Assembly (NCBI GenBank): GCA_021775615.1
Contig: JAJFHL010000171.1
Coordinates: 9,282 to 73,281, forward strand
Reading direction: 5' to 3'
Source: Hyphomicrobiales bacterium
GTDB taxonomy: Bacteria; Pseudomonadota; Alphaproteobacteria; Rhizobiales; JAJFHB01
Length of the DNA: 64,000 nucleotides
Below, in pieces: positions 43,392-54,855 of this stretch. The translations under genes and the position numbers were made by a program. The number at the start of each line of letters is the position of its first letter. Position 1 is the first letter of the stretch. Under the pieces are notes generated by a model. That model worked only from the letters and a program-made list of their open reading frames with translations. It had not been told where the DNA came from and did no database searches.

Positions 43392-44300
43392 TCAATGGCC
43401 GTTATACTCGCGATAGGACTTCCCCCCATCGATGTTGATCACGGCGCCATGTAGATATGCACCGGCTTGCGAAGCCAGCATTTCGACCCCGCCGGCGATG
43501 TCCTGGGCCGTGGCGAGCTCGCCGACCGGGATGCCGCGGCGGAAGGCGGCGAGCCGTTCTGGATCGCCGCGGTGTATCTTCTCCAGCATTGCCGTGTCCG
43601 CCGGTCCGGGCGCAATGACGTTGATGCGGATGCCGTCGGCGCCGTGCTGGGCCGCCGCGGCCTGTGAGATGCCGATCACCGCGTGCTTGCTGGCAATGTA
43701 GGCGGGGATGAAGGGGATCGAGCGCATGCCGAGAAGCGATGCGATGTTGATGATCCTCCCGGCGCCCTGGGCCTGCATGACCGGGATTTCGTACTTCATG
43801 GCCAACCAGACGCCGCGGGCGTTGGTGTTCATGATGTCATCCCAGTTGGCCAGCGTATCGGTGGCGATGCGCGCGGTCAGTTCACCGTTGATCCCGGCAT
43901 TGTTGAGAGCGATATCGATCCGGCCATGACGTTGCACGCAGTCATCGACAAAGGCTTTGACAGATTGTTCGTCTCGCACATCTGCAAACATATAGGTGGC
44001 GTCACCGCCATCGGCGCGGATGGCGTCCTGCACCTCGCGGCCAAGCTCGCGCCGGCGACCGCAGAAAAACACCCTGGCGCCGTACCCGGCAAACCGCTCG
44101 GCGGCCCCTCTGCCGATGCCGGACGTGGCGCCCGTAATCAACATCACCTTGCCGGCGAACTCGCTTGCCGTGCCGATGGGGGTCGCCGCACGCGCCGGTG
44201 CGCAAGCCATCGCCGCTCCGGCGGCAACCGCACCTGCCGTCAGCCCCAGAGCCCTGCGACGAGTGACGTCTTCGCGTCTCGTGTCGGGTCGGTCGGTCAT
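43392..44300 (-). CDS. short-chain dehydrogenase/reductase with twin-arginine (Tat) signal peptide
   Basis: TRRRALGLTAGAVAAGAAMA Tat motif, then TGATSGIGRG Rossmann motif, NNAG, YIASKHAV (YxxxK). Confidence 0.8.
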   Translation of the reverse strand: MTDRPDTRREDVTRRRALGLTAGAVAAGAAMACAPARAATPIGTASEFAGKVMLITGATSGIGRGAAERFAGYGARVFFCGRRRELGREVQDAIRADGGDATYMFADVRDEQSVKAFVDDCVQRHGRIDIALNNAGINGELTARIATDTLANWDDIMNTNARGVWLAMKYEIPVMQAQGAGRIINIASLLGMRSIPFIPAYIASKHAVIGISQAAAAQHGADGIRINVIAPGPADTAMLEKIHRGDPERLAAFRRGIPVGELATAQDIAGGVEMLASQAGAYLHGAVINIDGGKSYREYNGH

Positions 44301-44407
44301 GAAATCCACTCCCTGTTTCAAGCCCGCTCCATGGTCTTGGCGGGCACGGCGTTGGCATAGATACAGCAATACTCACGCGGACCCGATCATGCGTCCAATG
44401 AATTATC

Positions 44408-44424
44408 TGGATTAATTTAATCCA
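44408..44424. promoter_or_regulatory. perfect 17-bp palindrome, candidate operator in divergent promoter region
   Basis: TGGATTAATTTAATCCA read directly, between SDR start (44300, minus) and hydrolase start (44437, plus). Confidence 0.35.
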
Positions 44425-44436
44425 TGAATCGAATGT

Positions 44437-45852
44437 ATGTCGTGCGGTAGCGGCTTGCTTATGCCGTGCGGTCGGATAGTCTGCGGAGGTTGCCATTGGA
44501 GGCATCGCGGCGTGCCGAACGACGACAGACAGGCTTTGGTGATCATCCACGGTATCGGCGAGCAACGGCCGATGGATACGCTGCGCTCGTTCGTCAATGC
44601 GGTGTGGACGCAGGACGCCAGCGTGCACCATCGGCATTCCACCGCGGCGGGAACCGTGTGGAGCAAGCCGGACGAGGCCTCGGGAAGCTTTGAGCTACGC
44701 CGCCTGACCACCGGAAAGAACGCCAAGGGCCTTCGAACCGATTTCTTCGAGTTCTACTGGGCGCACATGATGCAGGGGACACAACTGTCCCATGTCACCA
44801 GCTGGGCCCGCATGCTTTTGTTGCGCCGCCCTGGCACGGTTCCGAAGCAGCTCATGGCCATCTGGCTGATGCTGATCATCGTCATTTTGGTTTCGCTCTG
44901 CCTGTTCCTCTACGGTCTGGCGCACGGCCCCGTGTGGGGCGAGGCGAAAGGCTGGTTCTCGATCCTGGCAGGGCTGCTATTGGTTCCCGCATTCGAGTCC
45001 GTCCTGCGGCTGTTCGTCGGCGACGCGGCGCGTTATCTCAATCCGGCGCCTGCCAATATCGAATGCCGGCAGCGGATTCGCGCCGCCGGTGTCGATCTCC
45101 TGCAGGAGCTGCATGCACGAGGATACCACCGGATTATCGTGGTCGGACACAGCCTCGGCACGGTGATCGGCTATGACATGCTCACCTACGCATGGGCCCA
45201 GCACCATGACGTGGTCGACGGGACCAGGCCGAAACTGACTGCGGCACTGAAAGCTCTCGAGGCGGTGTCCGGCGAAAGCAAGCTCGCAAGGGGCGAACAC
45301 GCCAACGGCGCAGTGGACGAGGGTGGATTTCCGGTCACTGAGTATCAGTCGAAACAGGGTGACTACGCGGCTGAACTTCGTGACGCGGGCAACAGCTGGC
45401 GGGTGACCGACTTCGTCACGCTCGGCAGCCCACTGGCGCATGCGGCGGTCCTCCTGGCGCCGGATGAGGCGGAGCTGAGGACAAAGCAGCTGGACCGGGA
45501 ACTGCCGACCTGCCCGCCGACGCTGGAGGAGAAGAAATCATTCTCGTTCGAAAGGTCGGTTCCTGTAGGCAAACGCAATGCCAGGCGGCCGGTGCCCCAT
45601 CATGCGGCCCCGTTTGGCCCGACGCGGTGGACCAATCTGTACTTTCCCGCCTGCGCCGTGATCTTCGGCGATGTCATTGCCGGCCCGTTGCGCGATGTAA
45701 TGGGCCCCGGCGTGCGCGACGCTCCGGTCAGCATGAAAAAATGGGGCGGCCTGTTCAGCCACACATTCTACTGGACCCTGCCGAAAGACCAGACGACGGC
45801 GCCGCATGTCGAAGAACTGCGCCGCGCCCTGCGCCTTGGCGAGGATGCCTAA
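44437..45852 (+). CDS. membrane-embedded alpha/beta-hydrolase-fold protein (PGAP1/lipase-like), unknown function
   Basis: ALVIIHGIGEQRP oxyanion strand, nucleophile elbow VVGHSLGT, two hydrophobic helices inserted between them, LGSPLAHA; exact start uncertain. Confidence 0.6.
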   Translation: MSCGSGLLMPCGRIVCGGCHWRHRGVPNDDRQALVIIHGIGEQRPMDTLRSFVNAVWTQDASVHHRHSTAAGTVWSKPDEASGSFELRRLTTGKNAKGLRTDFFEFYWAHMMQGTQLSHVTSWARMLLLRRPGTVPKQLMAIWLMLIIVILVSLCLFLYGLAHGPVWGEAKGWFSILAGLLLVPAFESVLRLFVGDAARYLNPAPANIECRQRIRAAGVDLLQELHARGYHRIIVVGHSLGTVIGYDMLTYAWAQHHDVVDGTRPKLTAALKALEAVSGESKLARGEHANGAVDEGGFPVTEYQSKQGDYAAELRDAGNSWRVTDFVTLGSPLAHAAVLLAPDEAELRTKQLDRELPTCPPTLEEKKSFSFERSVPVGKRNARRPVPHHAAPFGPTRWTNLYFPACAVIFGDVIAGPLRDVMGPGVRDAPVSMKKWGGLFSHTFYWTLPKDQTTAPHVEELRRALRLGEDA

Positions 45853-45856
45853 ATAT

Positions 45857-45908
45857 TAGAGCGGGATCGGACGGAAAACCGGCTTCCACTTTTCCTGATC
45901 CCGCTCTA
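45857..45908. repeat. 52-bp hairpin repeat, family 1, copy A (likely terminator/REP-like)
   Basis: TAGAGCGGGATC ... GATCCCGCTCTA perfect 12-bp arms with inner GGAAAA/TTTTCC pairing; second copy at 60219..60270. Confidence 0.65.
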
Positions 45909-45920
45909 GCGGTTTCGCGC

Positions 45921-46523
45921 TTAAGGCTGGATGATCGGCACATGGGGCGCCGCGGTTTCCGGCAGAGTGCCGTTCAAGCGCGGGTCATCGGCGATCTCGA
46001 TTTGTTGGCGGCAGGGCTCGAACCCCGAGCGGATGTAAAACCCGAGCGCATCGGGATGATCCCATGTGCAGGTGTGCACCCAGAAGCGCCGGATCGGGCG
46101 TTTCCACGCCCTCTCGATCGCCTGGTTCATCAGCAGCCGGCCCGCGCCCTTGCCGATTGTCTTGCCGGTGACGCCGAAGAACGCGAGTTCACATTCGCCG
46201 TCGAGCCGAAAATCAAGCTCAAGCAGTCCTTCGTCGGCGCCGCCAACCGTCAGGGTGAAGACCTCCACGTCCGGGTGACGGATGATGGTTTCAAGCTCGT
46301 CCCGTTCGAGCTGGAGACGGGAAAACCAAAGCCAGTCTTCCGCTCCCACCCGCCGGTAGAGATCGCGGTACCAGTCGGTGTCCGGCCGGGTCACGGCGCG
46401 CAAAACGGCGTCGGTCGAGCTCGGCGCATCGCGCGGCGGCGGGGGCGCTCGCATTTCCAGATGTGTCACAATGCTCGCGATCTTGCCGCGGGGAATGTCG
46501 ATGTAACCGTCTTGCAAGAGCAC
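45921..46523 (-). CDS. GNAT-family N-acetyltransferase
   Basis: ELAFFGVTGKTIGKGAGRLLMNQAIERAW...ALGFYIRSGF acetyl-CoA-binding pattern. Confidence 0.7.
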   Translation of the reverse strand: MLLQDGYIDIPRGKIASIVTHLEMRAPPPPRDAPSSTDAVLRAVTRPDTDWYRDLYRRVGAEDWLWFSRLQLERDELETIIRHPDVEVFTLTVGGADEGLLELDFRLDGECELAFFGVTGKTIGKGAGRLLMNQAIERAWKRPIRRFWVHTCTWDHPDALGFYIRSGFEPCRQQIEIADDPRLNGTLPETAAPHVPIIQP

Positions 46524-46553
46524 GATTGCCTCCGTATCGGATTGCCGCGTATG

Positions 46554-47210
46554 TCAGCCGGTCGGGTCTGTGCCGTTCCTGAGCGCGGTCGAGCTTAGCG
46601 GATTGAGCGGGATCTCCACCAGGCTCCACGCCGGCCCTTTCATCGCCGGCAGGATTGCGGCGCTTCGGTTCGGCACGCGCGCTTGGGCGTAGCGTTGCGC
46701 CGCCGGCGAGGCTGTGGCGCGGAGCAGGTGTCCCGGCCGGTTGAAGACCGCGACCGGCATCTGCTCCATGATGTCGGTCCAGTCCTCCCAGTGATGCAGC
46801 TGGGCAAAGTTATCGGCGCCCATGAGCCAGACGAAGTCGTGCGCCGCAAAGCGGTCCCGCAGAAGAGAAACCGTTTCGATGGTGTAGCGGCAGCCCCAGC
46901 GCTGTTCCAGGTCGGAGACCTCGATGCGGGGGTGGGCTTCGACGGCACGCGCCCTGGCAAGGCGTTTCTCGTAGGGTGAGTTTTCGCCGGGATCCTTCAA
47001 CGGGTTCTGCGGTGAGACCAGCCACCAGACCTGATGCAGCTGCAGGCGGTTCAAGGCCTGTATGGAGATGGCGCGATGGCCCTTATGGGCAGGATTGAAC
47101 GACCCTCCGAGCAGGCCGATGCGTAGTCCGTGCGAGCGTGCGGCATCGGGCCGATGCACCGGATTTGGCTTCTGCCAGACCGCAAAGCGGGTTCCATGGG
47201 GCCTGGTCAT
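46554..47210 (-). CDS. nadD: nicotinate-nucleotide adenylyltransferase
   Basis: GLLGGSFNPAHKGH (HxGH nucleotidyltransferase motif); position after proA. Confidence 0.9.
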   Translation of the reverse strand: MTRPHGTRFAVWQKPNPVHRPDAARSHGLRIGLLGGSFNPAHKGHRAISIQALNRLQLHQVWWLVSPQNPLKDPGENSPYEKRLARARAVEAHPRIEVSDLEQRWGCRYTIETVSLLRDRFAAHDFVWLMGADNFAQLHHWEDWTDIMEQMPVAVFNRPGHLLRATASPAAQRYAQARVPNRSAAILPAMKGPAWSLVEIPLNPLSSTALRNGTDPTG

Positions 47211-47237
47211 CGGAGTGGGCGCAATGAGGCGGGCGGA

Positions 47238-48542
47238 TCAGGGCCGGGTCTGGCCCGCGCCCCGCACCACATACTTGAAGGTGGTCAGCTGCTCCAGCGC
47301 CACGGGGCCGCGGGCGTGCAATTTGCCCGTGGCAATGCCGATCTCCGCGCCCATGCCGAACTCGCCGCCATCGGCGAACTGGGTCGAGGCATTGTGCAGC
47401 ACGATGGCGCTGTCGACGCGGCGCAAGAAACGGTCGGCGGTTTCCGCATCGTCTGCGACGATGGAATCGGTGTGATTGGAACCGTAGCGGGCGATGTGCC
47501 CGATGGCGCCATCGACGCCGTCGACGAGCCTCACCGAAATGATGGCGTCGAGATACTCGGTCGACCAGTCTTCTTCGGAGGCGGCCAAGATGCGGCCGTC
47601 GAGGGCGCGGGAAGCGTCATCGCCGCGCAGTTCGCACCCGGCTTCCGTGAGGGCATCGGTCAGCGGCCCGACGAAGTCGGTGGCGCGCGCCTCGTCGATC
47701 AGCAAGGTTTCGGCGGCGCCGCAGATACCGGTGCGGCGCATCTTGGCGTTGACCGCGATGGCTGTTGCCATGGCGAGATCGGCGCTGCGGTCGACATAGA
47801 CATGGCAGAGGCCTTCAAGATGGGCGAAGACGGGCACCCGTGCTTCGTCCTGGACGCGGGCGACCAGGCTCTTGCCGCCGCGTGGCACGATGACGTCGAT
47901 CACGCCGTCGAGGCCGGTCAACATCATGCCGACCGCGGCACGGTCGGTTGTCGGCACCATCTGGATGGCTGACCGGTTGAGGCCCGCTTCTTCAAGGCCG
48001 GACTGGAGGCAGGCGAGAATGGCCGAACTGGTCGCGTGGCTTTCCGAGCCGCCGCGCAGGATCGCCGCGTTGCCCGACTTCATGCACAAGGCGCCGGCGT
48101 CCGCCGTGACGTTGGGGCGGCTCTCATAGATGATGCCGATGACCCCGATGGGGACGCGGACACGCTCAATGCGGAGCCCGTTGGGCCGGTCCCAGGAGGT
48201 CTCGATGCTGCCCACCGGATCGTCCAGCCAGGCGATGGTTTCAAGGCCCGAAGCCATGGCGGCGATGCGCTCGTCATTGAGGGTGAGGCGGTCGATGAAT
48301 GCGGCCGGGCGGCCTGCCTCCCCGGCGGCTTCGAGGTCCTTGAGATTGGCGGCGAGAATGTCGTTGCCGGCGCTCAGAATGTTGCGTGCCATGGCTGCCA
48401 ACGCGGCATTCTTGGCTTCGGTCGGAGCATTCGCAAGGTCATGTGCCGCGGCGCGCGCCGCCGCTCCGATCTGCGACATCGCCTCTGCAATGCCGCCCAT
48501 CTTGCCGTCCGCTGTGTCGTTGTCCAGAACCGCCAAACTCAC
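47238..48542 (-). CDS. proA: gamma-glutamyl phosphate reductase
   Basis: 434 aa ALDH-fold, [13 protein letters not shown], full-length ProA similarity. Confidence 0.95.
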   Translation of the reverse strand: MSLAVLDNDTADGKMGGIAEAMSQIGAAARAAAHDLANAPTEAKNAALAAMARNILSAGNDILAANLKDLEAAGEAGRPAAFIDRLTLNDERIAAMASGLETIAWLDDPVGSIETSWDRPNGLRIERVRVPIGVIGIIYESRPNVTADAGALCMKSGNAAILRGGSESHATSSAILACLQSGLEEAGLNRSAIQMVPTTDRAAVGMMLTGLDGVIDVIVPRGGKSLVARVQDEARVPVFAHLEGLCHVYVDRSADLAMATAIAVNAKMRRTGICGAAETLLIDEARATDFVGPLTDALTEAGCELRGDDASRALDGRILAASEEDWSTEYLDAIISVRLVDGVDGAIGHIARYGSNHTDSIVADDAETADRFLRRVDSAIVLHNASTQFADGGEFGMGAEIGIATGKLHARGPVALEQLTTFKYVVRGAGQTRP

Positions 48543-48546
48543 CGGA

Positions 48547-50720
<2,174 letters not shown>

Positions 50721-51338
50721 TTACCCGGTTTGCGCGCCGGTGCAACCGGTCCCATCAGTGATGGTAACCGGCACCGGGGCAGCGGTGCGGTTGTTCCAGA
50801 CGTCACGGGTCAGCGTGTAAAGGTCCACCGGCTGCACGCTGTTGAGCGGGGTCGAGAACATTGTTCCCCGGCCGGCGGGCTGAAATCCGCACTTCTCCAG
50901 GACATGGCGCGAGGCACCGTTGCACGGCCGGCATTCGGAGAGAACGCGTGTCGCGCCAAGGTGGTCCATGGTGTAGGCGATGACGCCGCAGGCCGCCTCT
51001 GTTGTGAAGCCGCGACCCCAGTAGGGTTCGCCGAGCCAGTAGCCGAAGTTCCCGCAAGTGCCGTTTTCCGGCCCGGTGCATCCCATGACACCAATGATCC
51101 GGTCCGGTTCGGCGCGCAGATTGACGGCGAAGGTCGTGACGGGTCTGAGCCTGCCAATCTCGTCGATGAACTGGCGCGCGTGTTTCTCCTCGTAGGGAAA
51201 CGGCAGCAGCGCCAGGTTCTTCACGACGTTCCAGTTGTTGGCGAGGCGGGTGATTTCGTCCGCGTCCGAGAGGGCAAGGGGGCGCAGGACGAGCCTTGGC
51301 GTCTCTATGATGATGGTATGATCGAGGTCTTTGTTCAT
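50721..51338 (-). CDS. GNAT-family N-acetyltransferase (RimJ/RimL-like)
   Basis: From ATG 51338: IIIETPRLVLRPLALSDADEI..., YWGRGFTTEA, NGASRHVLEKCGF. Confidence 0.8.
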   Translation of the reverse strand: MNKDLDHTIIIETPRLVLRPLALSDADEITRLANNWNVVKNLALLPFPYEEKHARQFIDEIGRLRPVTTFAVNLRAEPDRIIGVMGCTGPENGTCGNFGYWLGEPYWGRGFTTEAACGVIAYTMDHLGATRVLSECRPCNGASRHVLEKCGFQPAGRGTMFSTPLNSVQPVDLYTLTRDVWNNRTAAPVPVTITDGTGCTGAQTG

Positions 51339-51356
51339 AACCGGTGGTCTCAATGC

Positions 51357-51384
51357 AAAAGGGGAGATGGTGTCCCATCTCCCC
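51357..51384 (-). terminator. rho-independent terminator after rpmA
   Basis: 10-bp stem GGGGAGATGG/CCATCTCCCC (51361-51370/51375-51384) followed on the minus strand by TTTT. Confidence 0.7.
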
Positions 51385-51457
51385 TTGGAATGCGTTTTTT
51401 TGGTTTTCGCGTTCCGCCGGGTCAATGAGACGCCGACGGCACGGTGCAGGCCGGCGG

Positions 51458-51724
51458 CTAGTTCGCGGGCTCCGACGGGTCGACCGAGATGTAGGTGCGG
51501 TCGCCGCGCGAGGTGCGGAAGCTGACCGTGCCTGCCGCAGTGGCGAAGATCGTGTGGTCCTTGCCCATGCCGACATTGTCGCCGGGGTGCCACTTGGTGC
51601 CGCGCTGGCGGGCGATGATGTTGCCGGGCGCGACCTCCTGGCCGCCGGACTTCTTGATGCCCAAACGCCGGCCCGCGGTATCGCGGCCGTTGCGTGAGGA
51701 GCCGCCTGCTTTCTTATGTGCCAT
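51458..51724 (-). CDS. rpmA: 50S ribosomal protein L27
   Basis: [24 protein letters not shown]. Confidence 0.97.
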   Translation of the reverse strand: MAHKKAGGSSRNGRDTAGRRLGIKKSGGQEVAPGNIIARQRGTKWHPGDNVGMGKDHTIFATAAGTVSFRTSRGDRTYISVDPSEPAN

Positions 51725-51737
51725 GCTCCGGGTCTCC

Positions 51738-52499
51738 TTACTTTGCGCCCTTGGCCAGATCCTTGGCCTGGGTCTTCCAGTCGTCGCGTTCGATCCGGCC
51801 CTTGAAGTTCAGCACTTCGTCGACCTTGGCGATGTCCGCCTTGGTGAACTTGGCGATCTGGGCGTATTGCGTGATGCCGAGCGCGTTGAGCTTCTTCTCG
51901 ATCGCCGGGCCGACGCCTGAGATCTTTTTCAGATCATCGGCATCGCCGTCGGGAGTTTCGAAAAGTGCGTCGCCCGTGGCCGCTTCCGCCTTGGCCGGTT
52001 TCTCTTCGGCTGCCTTTTTGGGAGCTTCCTTTTTCGGCGCTTCCTTTTTGGGCGCTTCGGTCTTTGGCGCTGCCTCGGCTTTGGTCTCCGGCGCGGCTTC
52101 GACCGCTGCTTCCGGTTCGGCGTCCGCCTTCTTGTCTTCTTTCTTGGGCTTCGGCGCCGCCGCCTTGGCGGCCTTTACCGTCTTGCCGCCCGCGGCAATC
52201 TCGGTGATGCGCAGGAGCGTCAGGTTCTGGCGGTGGCCCTGAGTGCGGCGGTAGTTCTTGCGGCGCTTCTTCTTGAAGACAATGATCTTCCTGGCGCGCA
52301 TCTGATCGACAAGTTCGGCGGTGACCTTGGCGCCGTCGACCAGCGGCGTGCCGATCATCGGTTCGCCTTCGCCGCCGACCATCAGCACATCGGTGAACTG
52401 CACCTTGTCGCCGGCCGATCCGGTGAGTTTTTCCACCTGGATGATGTCGTCTGGGGCAACTTTGTACTGTTTGCCGCCGGTCTTGATGACTGCGTACAT
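51738..52499 (-). CDS. rplU: 50S ribosomal protein L21 with ~150-aa C-terminal extension (Lys/Ala/Pro/Glu-rich linker plus helix-hairpin-helix-like domain)
   Basis: [15 protein letters not shown]21 core (~103 aa), then [16 protein letters not shown] repeats, then [27 protein letters not shown]...[10 protein letters not shown]. Confidence 0.9.
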   Translation of the reverse strand: MYAVIKTGGKQYKVAPDDIIQVEKLTGSAGDKVQFTDVLMVGGEGEPMIGTPLVDGAKVTAELVDQMRARKIIVFKKKRRKNYRRTQGHRQNLTLLRITEIAAGGKTVKAAKAAAPKPKKEDKKADAEPEAAVEAAPETKAEAAPKTEAPKKEAPKKEAPKKAAEEKPAKAEAATGDALFETPDGDADDLKKISGVGPAIEKKLNALGITQYAQIAKFTKADIAKVDEVLNFKGRIERDDWKTQAKDLAKGAK

Positions 52500-52820
52500 C
52501 GGGTTATCCGTTCGCTTCATAGAAAAGGGGCCGGACACGCGGGTCTCCGGCAATTTGGCGGCACTATACATAGGCCCGGACCCCTGTCAAGAATACGGTG
52601 GTGCGGAACGGCGGTAAAATTGCTCTTACGGCAGAACGACAGCCGGACGCATGGTGCAATTCGTAATCCCCAGGGCGTTCAAAGCACCGATTGCACCATA
52701 TGGCGGTGTCGTGTATGTGCATCTCAATACCAATGGCAACCGCCCCCGGTCCTCCCTGAACGGAGGATCCTCCAAATCGGCCAGCCGGCCGCCCGCACAC
52801 CGTTCCGGGAGCTTCCAGGC

Positions 52821-53132
52821 ATGTTCAGGGCAATCAGAGAATTCTTGACGTTCCGGCGCATGATCGGACCGTTCATCCTGCAGCTCCTGTTCTGGGCGGC
52901 AGCGTTGTTCGTCGTCGCCTTCGGCCTGCGCGAGCTCGATTCCGGCGACCGACTGGTTGGCTGGGCGGTGATGATTCTCGGCGTGCTCGGGCTGCGGGTG
53001 TTCTTCGAACTGGTGCTGCTGGCGTTCCGCATGTATGACCGCCTCGGCCAGATCAGGAACGTGCTGGAATCGGTCGACGAGGCCACCCGGCCGATTTCGG
53101 TGATGGAGCCGGACCCGGACGCCGACGACTGA
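52821..53132 (+). CDS. small membrane protein (DUF4282-like)
   Basis: From ATG 52821: two hydrophobic helices (IGPFILQLLFWAAALFVVAF, WAVMILGVLGLRVFFELVLL). Confidence 0.5.
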   Translation: MFRAIREFLTFRRMIGPFILQLLFWAAALFVVAFGLRELDSGDRLVGWAVMILGVLGLRVFFELVLLAFRMYDRLGQIRNVLESVDEATRPISVMEPDPDADD

Positions 53133-53309
53133 TCGTCAGGGGCAGGATCTCTAAAAGGGATTTGGCGACCATTCGGGACGAACATGTGAACTGCATGTAC
53201 GCCGACGCACTCTAAAGAAGATCAAAACAACGCTTGGGAAGCCGCGTCCGGGCCGATGAGGCCTTAACGTGGTTTACCAGTTAAATGGCTGCCCTCCAGG
53301 GTGTGTTCG

Positions 53310-53789
53310 TCATTCAGCCGTTGCAACCGGCAAAGGCGGAAGACGCCGTTCTACCGGTGAGGACTGAATGACCGATGTGTTGGTCATCGCGTAAGGGATA
53401 ATCAGATCAATTACGCGCTCCAAATCCATCACGGTCGCCAGATGTGCGCGGGCGAGAAAACAATCCTCCCCCGTCACGCGGTCGCATTCGGTGATTTCCG
53501 GGATGCCCCGAATTACCTCTACAACCTTTTCCAGTTGGCCCGGTACGGGGCGAATGCGCAGCCAGACGGAGATGGGCAGCCCGATGGCTTCCGGTGAAAT
53601 CTCGGTCGTGTAACCGGTGATGACACTGGCTTCTTCGAGCCTTTTGACACGCTCGGCAACGCTTGGAGCCGAAAGCTTCACCGCACGTGCCAGCTCAGCG
53701 GTTGTTGTCCGAGCGTTCTCTACGAGCGTCGTCAGAATTTTCTCATCCACCGCATCCAGCTGGCCATTTTCGTAACCAAGGCGCTTCAT
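53310..53789 (-). CDS. Lrp/AsnC-family transcriptional regulator
   Basis: LDAVDEKILTTLVENARTTTAELARAVKLSAPSVAERVKRLEE plus RAM-type C-terminal domain; divergent from an EamA transporter. Confidence 0.9.
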   Translation of the reverse strand: MKRLGYENGQLDAVDEKILTTLVENARTTTAELARAVKLSAPSVAERVKRLEEASVITGYTTEISPEAIGLPISVWLRIRPVPGQLEKVVEVIRGIPEITECDRVTGEDCFLARAHLATVMDLERVIDLIIPYAMTNTSVIQSSPVERRLPPLPVATAE

Positions 53790-53895
53790 CTTCACTAGCC
53801 TCTTATTGCAAGGTAGTTTTCCTATTATAACATCGCTTATCCATATAAGCAGGCACAAAGCCTCTTCATAATTGTTTGGTCAAGAGGAGGCGCCA

Positions 53896-54777
53896 ATGAC
53901 ATCTGAATCACCGACATCCTCCGGTCTCAATCGCGCCGCTGAAACCGTGCCGCCCCACGCTTGGTTCGGTGTAAGCGCGGTCTTCCACTATCTCGGCCCT
54001 GCTTTCGCCGTGCTTCTGTTCCCGGTCGTCGGCGTTCTCGGCGTGGCCTGGTTCCGCATCACATCGGCGGCCCTGGTATTCGCGCCCTTTACAAAGCCCT
54101 GGCGCACCATTGCCAAGGCAGACGGGCGAACGAGGCTGTTTTTGATCGGTCTTGGTATCTGCCTCGCTGTGATGAACACGTCCTTTTATCTTGCACTCGA
54201 CAAGCTGCCCATGAGCCTGGTGGCGGCAATGGAGTTCATCGGCACGATTGGCGTGGCGCTTTATGGCTTGAGAACGCGGCGAAATGCGCTGGCGCTCGTG
54301 CTCGCCGTCATCGGCGTCTTCATCCTGATCGATGTAAAGTGGGCGTCGGACCTGCCCGGCCTCTTCTGGGCGACGCTGAACGCTGCACTCTTCGTCGGCT
54401 ATATCGTCCTGGGCCATAAGGCGGCCGAAGAGGGCGCCAGTGGTGGGGTGGAACGGCTTGGCGCTGCCATGGCGATCGCCTTCGTCATTCTCATGCCGAT
54501 CGGATTCTTTGAAGCGGTTCGCGCCTTCGGCATGCCGCTCATCGTCCTGGCCGGGGTCGGTGTTGGCATCTGCTCGTCAGTCATTCCATATGTCTGCGAT
54601 CAGCTTGCCATGTCGCGCCTCCCACGGGCCTCGTTCGCGTTGCTCCTCGCACTCCTACCGGCGACGGCGACAGTGATCGCAGCTATCGTGCTGGCTCAGA
54701 TTCCCAGCCTTCAGGATCTCGTTGGGATTGCGCTGGTGATGCTCGGCATTGCCATTCATCGGCCCGCCCAGACGTAA
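53896..54777 (+). CDS. EamA/DMT-family transporter
   Basis: About 10 hydrophobic helices in two EamA repeats; GAGGAGG 5 nt upstream of ATG 53896. Confidence 0.8.
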   Translation: MTSESPTSSGLNRAAETVPPHAWFGVSAVFHYLGPAFAVLLFPVVGVLGVAWFRITSAALVFAPFTKPWRTIAKADGRTRLFLIGLGICLAVMNTSFYLALDKLPMSLVAAMEFIGTIGVALYGLRTRRNALALVLAVIGVFILIDVKWASDLPGLFWATLNAALFVGYIVLGHKAAEEGASGGVERLGAAMAIAFVILMPIGFFEAVRAFGMPLIVLAGVGVGICSSVIPYVCDQLAMSRLPRASFALLLALLPATATVIAAIVLAQIPSLQDLVGIALVMLGIAIHRPAQT

Positions 54778-54855
54778 ATCCGTCATGCTGTTTTGCAGAG
54801 TAAAGGCACGATTGAAGGAACGGTAACGGACGGCGTACAAATTTCCACATGGAAG

